Part shown: positions 12,801 to 20,500 of the stretch, piece after piece | How positions within the stretch are numbered: the first letter of the stretch is position 1 | How the letters are laid out: every line of letters begins with the position of its first letter | Origin: a virus | Lineage: Duplodnaviria; Caudoviricetes | IMG/VR virus record: IMGVR_UViG_3300009152_000183 | Span: 1-25,759 of that record | Reading direction: 5' to 3' (one strand) | Length of the DNA: 25,759 nt | The notes under the pieces: model-generated | Databases searched by the model: none | What the model saw: only the letters and a program-made list of their open reading frames with translations | What the model was told of the DNA's origin: nothing | Program-made: the position numbers and the translations under genes

Positions 12801-13006
12801 TGGTCGGACTTGCATCTACTGGTAGCATCTCAAATGCAGTAGGAAAATTCTCTTGGGGCAAGTTGAGTGTTGGATCAAGGTCAAGTTCTCCAATTTCAAT
12901 AGGAGTTTCTGGAAATACTATAGATGTTGGACTATCAACATTCCCAACAATTCAGAGAAGAAATACTGGCATAAGGAATACTGGAGCACTCTCCAAACTA
13001 TTATAA
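863..13006 (+). CDS. gp7: Giant baseplate wedge initiator (cyanophage gp7-type), 4047 aa, multi-domain with a split YHYH-like domain and repeated beta modules
   Basis: Uninterrupted 12.1-kb ORF between gp6 and gp8. The N-terminus has QLPEF..FLKQYY..QE and FIKNARSFYQAKGT..SFRILFNILYG..P, typical of T4-like cyanophage wedge initiators. It also has the internal DNDYYQNLSYTVKS...LLHTSGLKNFAD motif and a C-terminal GKFSWG..FPTIQRR..G.R.TGAL. Confidence 0.85.
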   Translation: MIGTGFESRVKVQQIIQNQLPEFILDESPNAVEFLKQYYISQEYQGGPVDIVENLDQYLKLDNLTPEVVVGNVGLSTNITSTVGVITVTSTKGFPQKYGLLKIDDEIITYTGITTNTFTGCIRGFSGITSYHQDLNSEELIFSESAKTSHTQNTSVQNLSSLFLKEFYKKLKITLTPGLEDTDFVSDLNIGNFIKNARSFYQAKGTDESFRILFNILYGVTPRVVNLEDFLIKPSSAEFIRREVAIAERISGNPSKLVGQTIKKSINGIDDEITSASISEVESFTRNGRQYFKISLFVGYNDVSAIEGNFTITPNTKCIENVSVGSSVISVDSTISFAEKGTIISGNNIITYTSKSVNQFFGCTGITSTINSTDNIRSDEIYYGYENGDITKKVELRFTGVLSKFVQVSDNLDASEGDIISVKNLGEVIQNPEQNKNYKQIFANSWIYNTSSRYQIEDIDNFILTSPIDKSSLKIGDRVEIVERDTNNIASSTTNIAYISNIIPGNGIVLNNLNFTAIPGVKYDLRRKLNTASSSVVPIEYGNNVILSDTLNLYTDKNYAYVASNSLPSNNQINPNQSIPYTYQITKNINTTSISNGTVGELTDAVGDGTYSSIAFENPVNFIDGDRIYYQPAVNPLVGLETGSYYVQIQSVDKKKIRLYFSKSFVGGSNYLTFEPSSGAHKFTLYSQKSNEIAPQKILKKFPLNVNDTNGTGQVTIPGSTGMLINGVEIGNYKSNDKIYYGPLNSINVLNGGVNYDVIDPPLVSVSSGTGTTALVQPVISGNIKSVYIDAQDYDIDSIVSISVSGGNGSGAVLEPIIKKRVREILFDGRTTANSGGISTTTQQLTFLTNHNLVNSESVTYNSNGNSAIGVGFASSTLVNNGTYYVKIDNNSTVRLYQSISDYSAGINTVRFNSNNTSGIHKFVTTSNKNTISQIKVINGGNGYTNRKLIVNQTGISTINHTINFENHGFSSGELVTYNYQTSSIGISTLSQYYILKNDENSFRLCDAGVGGTNTSNYNRKNHIIFSSTGSGYQYFNYPDISVSIQYTSVGFGTTTQQYQTLIATPKVRGAIIDAYLYETGTGYGSSILNFERKPSISIKNGKEAQLNPIFINGTVNSVNIQYGGSEYYSTPDLDVIDPTGAGSGAELRPIIINGKITDVKVVNAGIGYSSTSIIKVNSSGSNASFNVNVRSLTVNNNLRFGNELLIETENKLQYSVCGYFKELRDSFNDTGSASNIIGWAYDGNPIYGAYGYSDANDTNSNPKLLISGYELNISNVIDRPTGFLSGFFVEDYQYTNVGDLDENNGRFGKTPEFPNGVYAYFATLTSSSGILTPQFPYFIGNSYRSNTLEENLTLDQSFDFNNSNLLRNTLPYKVSDDYAGNDFIIETNEITRQKSIIESVTDGYVNDFDIINSGSNYKVNDVLNFDSNNTKGGGLIAKVSSIEGKDIVKLTTSVDTYNNAIFTWNNSGEIKVSILPNHNLSNNDYVVVSGLSTSLSKLNNSYQIGVSSYYSNVLKNIPSTLTVGLTTEVYVTQLPASVSIGSSIRIGAETLQVLEVFRNLNILKVKRGSTGVSHTATTQINFIPDSFTISQNIDYFESKINDKVFFNPKESVGVGTTAGITNNITLQFGDSIITRNIPTQGIYIETHPFTNNQQIVYKNNGLNISISTSPTGSQFDLPQNVYVTNKNKNVIGIKTTLNSSEVFFRGNGSDADEYSFESVYSQLTGRVEKIKSTVSVSTAHNLTNGDLINLNVKPNLSVGIGTSTSIYVKRDTTTGNILINPIGFNSTGINTTSSTITINSHNLKTGDKILYSADLIASGISTGSYYVYKVDDNNIKLSQTYIDANTIPPTTVSIASTGGKNQSISLINPKIESIKNNNLVFKLADSSLSGYKFKIYYDQEFKNEFVSTASTSRFNLSGVGTVGVSTNATLTINYDNTLPTQLYYNLEKSGYVGTSDVEVNNYSQILFTDSVYSSNYNVSSIGSTTFNISLDKIPEKLTYSQDECDTLSYTTNSVSAKGPIGKIDIISGGVGYKKLPIFTGSDSIDGQDAYIIAKSSTIGNAREVRIINEGFEYSSDKTLQPNAYISPSITIKNSNTIDAIRVTDGGKDYVNAPSIVIVNTTTGERIDSGILEAVINGNSISSVNIVQEPKGLPETTVQLFATNNTNGISIQQVQSSSSGIFTCFITTPVLGFSTNPFNIGDKVFVEGIQKIGNSGSGFNSEEYGYQFFTVSGYNDSGILAKVVLNLSVAGLTTNTGIAKTIQDSSANIIKKSNYPEFEVVQKLSPFIIGETIISNNIERNLIITDYDKTSIKVNGSYDLSIEEVINGKESGNIATIDSIKDNSGRFNIDYFVRKDLGWVDNIGKLDEDDQVIADNDYYQNLSYTVKSPITYQNLRTPVNNLLHTSGLKNFADTGITSTTNSTILNSSNATTIICDIVEENRVDTIYDFDLVKDVDIVGNSSKFLNLKNKKLVDYTECKTNVVLKVDDISRQFSNLDGEPSEFLNILNLNSSSSYNSLLFSVSNPSNSQIQLTELVILNNGIDNFLMQKGSIVNVGTGLTQISGEEIGSFSIFTNEYDETYLQFIPTDPYNTDYNLKLINNEFNSDLPGIGTNSIGFINLTGSNVIANSGITTSIISVNYNKFSSLNANIQITDSETNQMNFIELYLTGIGTDIYISEYYFDSDYETNNYSGNFIGSFGADINISSGILSLNYTNDSPNEISIRSKIVGFGTTAVGVGTYRFKLPGQIDEFERTAIYQSNYSTSVSAASTTVVSLNKFNFNAVKSLVKVGFGSTSSLHQIMLVQDKTNIYVQQSPFLSVGSTTGIGTFGGEYSGNNFILKFYPDSLITSKIDILSFNQCLYTILDDVNIPPSLKYGSVSESVRVSFYNAINGDRVNRTQFDLNSNNYPIFAKKFDPSNSTQLNLSTGKFTIENHFFSNLEELVYTPKATFLGIGVSSMMIGPSTILPSTVFAIKIDNDTFKLATTKNNAQNGIGVTFTSIGEGNAHQLEMRKKNEKIIITLDNLVQYPLLYTPISHTLSGNGGQISTESTTFALSGISTIIPRDILKIDNEYMNIINVGLGTTNIGPITNSGTISLVEVVRGFVGSSASSHTDSTQARIYKGSYNIVDNSIFFTKSPRGNPQIERDSSNLRFETSDFTGRVFLRNNYTTNQIYDDISDQFTGIGRTFTLTVGGANTVGLGSTGGNGILFINSVFQTPTTNNNPGNNFRIIENSIAGISSVVFSGITSANTLDIFTSQFDVNQNQTPRGGIIISLGSSTGLGYAPLVGAAVTAVVGAGGSIVSVGLGTTDNRGSGYNGIVSIGVSVYQSGHTGAAATITASVGAGGTLSFNIIGGGTGYINPKIFVSEPSYENLRVTGISRLGIGTTTSTGIGLLLNVEVGASSTTGIGSTYYEVTRFNISRQGYNFQRGDVFKPVGLVTDLRLVSPLSEFKLTVLNTFTDSFAAWQFGEFDYIDSIQNYQDGVRTRFPLYYNNDLLSFEIQEGSQVNLTNALLIVINGVIQDPEVAYEFNGGTSFVFTTAPKPEDNVAIFFYRGTAGDDSTLITDINETLKRGDSVQVLKNNSIPGTISQNKRTIFDLSSSDKFETNLYSDQGVDTQNNRPLSWIKQKVDRKINGEDVYKTRDSIESLVYPTAKIIKDFSTTSNEIFIDYGPGIGQTINWFKYDVSTKFDALIFSGNPDPVSAAITAIVSAAGTIQSLSITNPGSGYTGSSINVKIAAAASKFAIGYAITGSSGIVTDVIITYGGYQYNSPPTARFESPGVIGVGIGTIATGTANITGGIVTSVTITNPGYGYSFSPKVSFSSPEVTTATATASISNGSLTGVVSIINPGFGYTSSNPPRVIVPLPDPTYENISNITLVNGFSGIITGITTTTGSGGNRLALKFHIEAPSLGLYNQLQVGYPIYIFDTRVGRGVTSIDSSDSSIVGIGSTFLDNIYYVHQISSTGTTGIITCNIKSNTSVVGLASTGSISNAVGKFSWGKLSVGSRSSSPISIGVSGNTIDVGLSTFPTIQRRNTGIRNTGALSKLL
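11966..12460 (+). repeat. Four tandem ~40-aa A-x-A-x-I..G.I/V..V.I.N/Y-P/G-G-x-G/Q-Y..P.V repeats in the gp7 C-terminal region
   Basis: ITNPGSGY, ITYGGYQY, ITNPGYGY and IINPGFGY units. DNA echoes: accaatcctggaagtggatat (~12023), acaaatccaggatatggatat (12281), ataaatcctggttttggatac (12401). Confidence 0.75.
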
Positions 13007-13009
13007 ATA
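13002..13009 (+). promoter_or_regulatory. T4 late promoter TATAAATA (gp55 sigma) driving gp8
   Basis: Perfect TATAAATA overlapping the gp7 TAA stop (13004-13006), with 17 nt between it and the gp8 ATG at 13027. Confidence 0.85.
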
Positions 13010-13026
13010 TAAAAAAAACTATTAAT

Positions 13027-14574
13027 ATGGCAGCAGTTGTAACAGACCAATTTAGAATAGTGAATGCAAGCAATTTCATAGATTCCGTAGTGTCTGGTAA
13101 TAATTCACATTATGTTTTTTTGGGTCTAGTTAATCCAGCACCAGCATCAATTGGATTTGGGAGAACTGATAATTGGAATTCTAATATACCAAGTCCAACT
13201 GACAATATTGATTACTCCGGACATTATAGAGATACTGCTCTATTTGGTAAAAAAATTACAAGTAGTAATATCAGAAGACTTATAAGAAAAGTTACTTGGA
13301 CTGCCAATACTTCTTATGATATGTATAGGCATGATTATAGTATTTCAAATCAAGCACCAAATTCAAACTCAAGTAGATTATACGATTCAAATTATTATGT
13401 AATTAATAGTGATTATAGAGTTTATATTTGTATTGACAACGGTTCTTCTGGACAAATTCCAAAAGGAAATAAATCACAGGATGAACCCACATTTACAGAC
13501 TTGGAACCATCTGCAGCAGGAGTAAGCGGGGATGAGTATATTTGGAAATATCTATTTTCAGTATCTCCAAGTGATATTATAAAGTTTGATTCTACTGAAT
13601 ATGTTGTAGTTCCAAATGATTGGGAAACATCAACAAATTCTCAAATTATTTCTGTTAGAGAATCGGGGAATTCTAGTATAAACTTTAATCAAATTAAGAA
13701 AGTATATATTGCAGATGGAGGAGCAAATTATAGATCGGGAACTTTTTCTGTCGATATTATTGGTGATGGTAATGGTGGAAAAGTATCAGTTACCACTACA
13801 GGTGGAGTAATAACTTCTGCTATTGTTACTGCTGGCGGCAGTGGATATACTTACGGCATTGTTGATTTGGGAAGTCTTCAGCCATCGGGAAGTCTTCCAA
13901 ATCCAGCAAGATTGATACCAATTATTCCACCATCTAAAGGGCATGGATATGATATTTATTCTGAATTAGGTACTGATAAAGTATTGATATATGCAAGATT
14001 TGACGATTCAACTAAAGATTTTCCAACAGATACTTATTTTTCTCAGGTTGGAATTATAAGAAATCCAACAACATTTAGTTCCGATACCATTTTTACGGGA
14101 AATCAATATTCATCACTTTATGCAATAAAATTAAGCTCAGGTTTTACTGGAACTCCAGTTATTGGAGAAGAAATAACACAAACAAGAGCAGATGGAAAAA
14201 TTGCAAAAGGATATGTAGCATCATATGACAGTGAAACAAAAGTATTAAAATATTTTAGAGATCGATCTTTGTATTTTGGTAATTCTGAAAATCAAGTTGA
14301 TTATAATACTGTTACTGAAAATTCTAAGGTATATGATTTTGAGTCCTCTGCAAGTAGTATAACACCATTTACCGGGTCTATTGATCAATCTTTCAATGAC
14401 AATAAAATTACAATTGGAAGTAAAGTTGTAAATTTGGAAGCGACTTTTACAGCAGGTCTTTCAAATCCGGAGATAAATAAAAAGACGGGAGATATAATTT
14501 ATATTGATAATAGGCCCCTAGTACAAAGAGATATTAGACAAAAAGAAGACGTTAAAATTATTCTGGAATTCTAA
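13027..14574 (+). CDS. gp8: Baseplate wedge subunit, T4 gp8-like, 515 aa
   Basis: True start is ATG 13027 (MAAVVTDQFRIVNASNF), just after the late promoter. Motifs WTANTSYDMYRHDY, YYVINSDYRVYICIDNG, EPT..D..P....DEYIWKYLF, IIPPSKGHG..ELG and the C-terminal GDIIYIDNR.....RQKEDVKIILEF are characteristic of gp8. Confidence 0.92.
   Translation: MAAVVTDQFRIVNASNFIDSVVSGNNSHYVFLGLVNPAPASIGFGRTDNWNSNIPSPTDNIDYSGHYRDTALFGKKITSSNIRRLIRKVTWTANTSYDMYRHDYSISNQAPNSNSSRLYDSNYYVINSDYRVYICIDNGSSGQIPKGNKSQDEPTFTDLEPSAAGVSGDEYIWKYLFSVSPSDIIKFDSTEYVVVPNDWETSTNSQIISVRESGNSSINFNQIKKVYIADGGANYRSGTFSVDIIGDGNGGKVSVTTTGGVITSAIVTAGGSGYTYGIVDLGSLQPSGSLPNPARLIPIIPPSKGHGYDIYSELGTDKVLIYARFDDSTKDFPTDTYFSQVGIIRNPTTFSSDTIFTGNQYSSLYAIKLSSGFTGTPVIGEEITQTRADGKIAKGYVASYDSETKVLKYFRDRSLYFGNSENQVDYNTVTENSKVYDFESSASSITPFTGSIDQSFNDNKITIGSKVVNLEATFTAGLSNPEINKKTGDIIYIDNRPLVQRDIRQKEDVKIILEF
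14472..14479 (+). promoter_or_regulatory. Candidate late promoter (GATAAATA) within the gp8 3' end, about 100 nt before the VrlC-like gene
   Basis: NATAAATA match encoded in the PEINKK codons, at a position analogous to the 750 and 25384 boxes. Confidence 0.55.
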
Positions 14575-14579
14575 CCAAA

Positions 14580-17500
14580 ATGGCACAAAAAACAAATTTA
14601 AACATTAGTCCATATTATGATGATTTTGATTCTGAAAAGAATTTTTATAAAGTCTTATTTAATCCAGGGCGTCCTATTCAAGCAAGGGAATTAACTACTT
14701 TACAGTCAATTCTACAAAATCAAATAGAATCATTCGGTAGTCATATATTTAAAGAGGGATCAATGGTGATCCCCGGCAACATTGCATATGATGGACAATT
14801 CTATGCAGTAAAACTCAATCCGACTAATTTTGGCGTCAATATTTCAAATTATATTGAAAAATTTATCGGTAAAAAGATAATCGGACAAATATCAGGAACA
14901 ACTGCAATAATTCAATATGTTGCTCTTCCTGATAATATCAATGTAGAATATTTAACAATATATGTAAAATACTTAGATTCTGATAGCAATTTTAAATTCA
15001 ATCCATTTGAGAATGGAGAATCATTAATTGCCTCAGAAAATATAACTTATGGAAATACCACAATCAATGCGGGAACTCCCTTTACTTCATTGATTTCTTT
15101 AAATGCAACTTCAATAGGATCTGCAGCATCGATTGGGGATGGTGTTTACTTCATTAGAGGTTATTTTACAAAAGTATCTAAACAAACCATAATTCTTGAC
15201 AATTATACCAATACTCCATCATATAGAGTTGGATTGAATATTGGTGAATTAATTATTAATGCAAAAGATGACAATTCATTATTTGATAATGCAAAGGGAT
15301 TTACAAATTATGCTGCACCTGGTGCAGATAGATTTAAACTCAATTTAACATTAACTAAAAAATTATTATCCGACACTAATGATACAGATTTTGTTGAATT
15401 GTTAAGAGTTGAAAATGGAAAAATTAAAAAGATTGAAACTAAAACTCAATATAATATAATTCGTGATTATTTGGCAGAAAGAACTTATGATGAATCTGGT
15501 GATTATGCAGTAACTCAATTTAATTCATCAATACACAATTCATTGAATGATAGATTGGGCAATAATGGATTATTTTTTAATACTGAAACAACTCAAGAGA
15601 AAAATACTCCTTCAGATGATTTGATGTGTGTAAAAATATCTCCAGGAAAGGCTTATGTAAGGGGATATGATGTAGAAAAAACCTCAACAACTATTATCGA
15701 TGTTCAAAAACCAAGGGATACTCAATCTGTAGATAATGTCAATATTCCATTTGAAATGGGAAATATTATAAGAGTTAATAACGTATCTGGTACACCAAGA
15801 AAAAGGTATCCAGTAGAATTAAACAATAGATTTGCAGGAGTAGGTACTACAATAGGTGCTGCTAGAGTATATAATTTTAGTTTAACAGATGCTGCTTATA
15901 CTAATGCAGCAACTAACTGGGATCTTTATCTTTATGATATTCAAACATATACAACATTAGTTTTAAATTCTTCGATTTCAAGTTCAGAATTGCCTGCAAC
16001 ATCATTTGTAAAGGGTAAGAGTAGTGGTGCTAGTGGATATGCAGTTGCTGCTGGTGGAGGATCCGATACAATCAATTTAAGTCAAACTTCAGGAACATTT
16101 TCAGTTGGAGAACAATTGATTATTAATGGTATTGATTTTTCAAGATCCATTAAAACTATAACGTCATATTCTACTGAAGATATTAAATCAATATATCAGA
16201 GCACTACTGTATCTGGACTTTCAGTCAATTTTAATGCAGATTGTTTACTTGAGAGATTTAGATTTCCAAATGGAGTAGTTAATGCAACTATTAGTGGTGG
16301 AAATACAGTAACAAGTCCCGGAAAGGTATTTACTGGAGTAAAGGTTGGATCAATTATTAGATATCAAACTACTACTGGTGATGAAACATTTAATAGAGTA
16401 ACTAATGTCGCTGCCAATGGATTAACATTAACTGTTGCCACGGCTGGAGCAGCTGTTTCTGGTGTTTATTCAGGAACAGTTACAAATGGAACTTATAATA
16501 TTAGTTTAGGGGCGCCAATTATAAGAAATGAAGGTGCTGGATATCTATATGCACAACTTCCAGATTCCAATATTTCTTCAGTAAATCTTTCAGATTCATT
16601 ATTGACGGTTTCTGAACAAATAACAGGAGAAACTACAGATGGTTCAGGTGTATTAAGTTTCAATTTATCTCAAATTACTGGAATTACTAGTGCATTTTTT
16701 ACCACATTTGATCAGGAAAGATATTCTGTCCATTATTCTGGAGGTGGAATTGGAACAATAACTTCAGATCAATTTTCCCTTAGTGGCAATACTGTAACTA
16801 TTAGTGGATTAACTGCTGGTCAGAGTAATATTGCGGTAAATACAACTTTAATTAAAAATGGAATTCGGAGCAAAATAAAAGAGTATAATAGAAGTAAAAC
16901 ACTATCAGTATCACTATCAAAATATTCACAATCTGGAAGTGGGATTAGTTCTTCAATTGGTGATGGACTTACATATAATCAATATTACGGATTGAGAGTT
17001 CAAGATGAAGAGATATCACTAAATTATCCAGATGTAGTAAAAGTAATATCGGTATATGAGTCATTTGATTCATCGGAACCTACATTAGATGAAGTTCAAT
17101 TTGCATCTAGTGCTAATGTATCGACAAATGCAATTATTGGTGAAAATATATTAGGAAATACTAGTAAAGCAATTGCAAGAGTAGTAGCAAAATCAATTTC
17201 TAATCCCAATGTTTTGGGTATCGTATATTTAAATCCAGAAAGATTGGTGGTAGGAGAAACTGTCAAATTTAATGATTCAAATATAACTACAGATATTCAA
17301 TCGATTACTTTAGGTAAGTACAAGGATATAACAAATTCATATAGTTTGGATAAGGGACAAAAAGATCAATATTATGATTATTCAAGAATTGTTAGGAATA
17401 AGGGTGAGATAGAACCTTCTAAAAAATTATTAATAGTATTTGATTACTATTCTGTACCATCCAATGATAATGGTGATGTATTTACAGTATTAAGTTATTC

Positions 17501-20500
17501 TGATAGGGATAGATTTGCAACTGATATTCCAACCATTGGTCCAAGATCTGTAAGAGCTTCAGATACTTTAGATTTTAGACCAAGAGTACCAGTATTTTCT
17601 GGATCTAGTTCATCACCATTTGATTTTTCTTCAAGAAACTTTACTATCGAACCAAAATTAATTCTTTCACCAAATGAAAGTTCGTTAGTAGGATATAATA
17701 ATTATCTACCAAGAATTGATAAATTATATCTCGATAAATTTGGTAAATTTATTCTTGAAAAAGGAATATCATCAAAAGATCCTAAGGAACCAAATAAAAA
17801 TGATGCTGTAATGGAAATTGCAACCATCAAGTTGCCACCATATCTTTATAATCCATCAGATGCTATTATCTCGTTGGTAGATAATAGAAGATATACAATG
17901 AGAGATATTGGATTAATTGAGGATAGAGTTCAAAATTTAGAAAGAGTTACTTCATTATCATTACTTGAAATTAACACACAAACTCTTCAAATTCAAGATT
18001 CTGAAGGCAGAAATAGATTTAAGAGTGGATTTTTTGTTGACGACTTTAAAAATTATGCATTGATCAACAAACAATTATCAAATATCAGAGTCAATACTGC
18101 AGCAAATGAACTGACACCAATTACTAGTAGAAATTCACTCAAATCTCAAATTGCACCAGCAACAGCAGATATTGATGAAGATTTGGATTTATCGGAAAAC
18201 TTTGAATTATTAGATCCAAATGTACAAAAAACAGGAAATGCTGTAACTTTAAAATATGAATCTATTGGATGGATAGAGCAAGCATTTGCCACAACAGTTG
18301 AAAATGTGAACCCATTCAATGTTATTGTTTATAGTGGAGATCTCAAATTAAGTCCAGAAATTGATACTTGGGTAAGAACTGTTCAACTTCCTGATAAAAA
18401 TGTCAGTATAACACTCAATTCTACAAGAGCACTTGAAAGAAATCTAGTAAGCAATGCCTTTGTTACACTAACTCCTATTCAAACTACAAGCACTAGTGTA
18501 GTTAGTCTTCCTGAAATATTTGGTCAAGGAAATTGGACTGAATCCAGCATCTCTACATCAGAATCTTCATCAACTGCTACTAGTACTACATCCAATACAA
18601 CACAAAGTATTGATTATGATACAACAAGTAATACGGATACTACTATTAGAAATATTTTAGTATCATCATCCAATGAAACGTTTATGAGATCCAGGAATAC
18701 ACAATTCTCTGCATCCAATCTCAAACCAGGAACACAATTTTATCAATTCCTCGATGGAAATAGTGGTGTTGATTTTATTCCTAAACTGGTCGAGATAGCA
18801 AATGATTCTACATTATCAAATTATGGTGCTTCTGGATCATTTACAGTTGGCGAGACTGTGATTGGAACATCTAATGGCAATAATTTAATTTCATTTAGAA
18901 TTGCAACTCCAAATCATAAGTATGGGACATTTAATTCACCATCTACAACATATACAACGAATCCATATGTTAAGGGTGAATCCATACCATCCACATATAG
19001 TCAATCATCAAAAATTTTGAATATTGACACAATTTCACTATCAGAAGAAGCTCAGGGAAAATATTCCGGATATTTGATTAAAGGTATGAGACTGGTTGGA
19101 CAGACCAGTCGTGCAGTTGCCTATGTAAAGGATTTGAGATTAATCTCAGATAATTATGGAGATTTGATTGGTGCATTCTATTTAAAAGATCCAAATGCAA
19201 ACCCAACTCCAACAGTTAGAATTAATACGGGAACTAAGACATTTAAATTGACATCAAGTTCAACAAATGATCTAGGTCTTCCTGGCAGTAATTCAATTTC
19301 ATCTGCAGAAACAAATTATAATTCAGATGGAACTCTTGAGCAATGGGAGAATACTGTTACTGCAACTACAAGCAATTTAACAACACAAACAGTAACTAAC
19401 TTAACAACAAATACAACACAATCAGTTACGACAATAAATACACACACAGAAATTACAGAACAAAGGTTTGTTGACCCACTTGCACAATCATTTGTTGTTG
19501 GTGGTAATGTAGAGGCACCTTCACCAAATTCTTCAAATGATGATGTAAATGGTGCGTTCTTAACTGCGGTTGATTTATTCTTCGCAAGTAAGGATAGTGG
19601 TAATGCTACAGTAAAAGTTGAAATAAGAACTGTTGAACTGGGAACACCTACAAGAATTGTTATTGGAAAATCAGTAACATTAAGACCAGATCAAGTCAAT
19701 GTCTCTAATAATGGAGAAACTGCAACTAAAGTTACTTTTGATGAACCAATTTATTTACCGCCCGGAAGAGAGTATGCTATCGTAATTATTTCTGAAACTA
19801 GTGATCAATATGAACTTTGGACTGCGGTTATGGGTGAAAAGACTGTAAATACACAGTCACTTCCAGAAGCTGATAGTGTTACTTATTCTAAACAGTTCTC
19901 TATGGGTAGTCTGTTTAAATCTCAAAATGGTTCCATATGGACTGCAAATCAATATCAAGATCTTAAGTTTAAACTTTATAAGGCAAAATTTACACAATCC
20001 ACAGGAACGGCATTTTTCTACAATCCAACATTGGATGAAAGTAATGGATACGTTCAGAGATTGGGCAATAATCCATTAACAACTTTACCAAAAACACTTA
20101 CTATTGGAATTACTACAACAACAAATGCATTAGTGATTGCCGATTTATCTAAGGGTAGAAAGATTGTTGGATCACAACCTTACGTTTATGGATATATTGT
20201 TGGAACAGGAAGTTCCGTATCATCGGTAGCACTTACCGCTGGTGGAAGTAATTATCCAAATACTGATACAAATGTATCAACTTATAATATTACTGGAAGT
20301 GGTTCTGGTCTTATATTGAGTATCACAGCAACCAATGGTGCAATTACCGGAATATCAACTGTAAATCCGGGAAATGGATATGCTATTGGTGATGTAGTTG
20401 GTATTGTAACTTCTTCAGTCTCATCAAACACTGGAAAGGATGCAAGAATTACTATCAGTACAATTGGAAATAGTCTCGATACATTATATCTATCAAATGT

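Noticed and set aside
12853-13026. 58-aa N-terminal extension of gp8 given by the ORF track (TTG start at 12853)
   Set aside because: It overlaps the conserved gp7 C-terminus and lies upstream of the TATAAATA promoter. Homolog-like sequence begins at ATG 13027.
13007-13026. A-run after gp7 as a terminator or slippage site
   Set aside because: There is no GC hairpin. It is the short A-rich leader between the late promoter and gp8.
19433-19440. AATAAATA inside the VrlC-like gene as a possible internal late promoter
   Set aside because: It lies in an A/C-rich Thr tract, and the next in-frame ATG is about 390 nt away (19830). It is plausible by chance in AT-rich DNA.
19340-19460. A/C-rich (aca/aac) low-complexity tract as a DNA repeat, CRISPR array or DGR variable region
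   Set aside because: There are no regular repeat-spacer units, no near-identical template copy differing only at adenines, and no reverse transcriptase in the window. Thr/Asn/Gln codons explain it.
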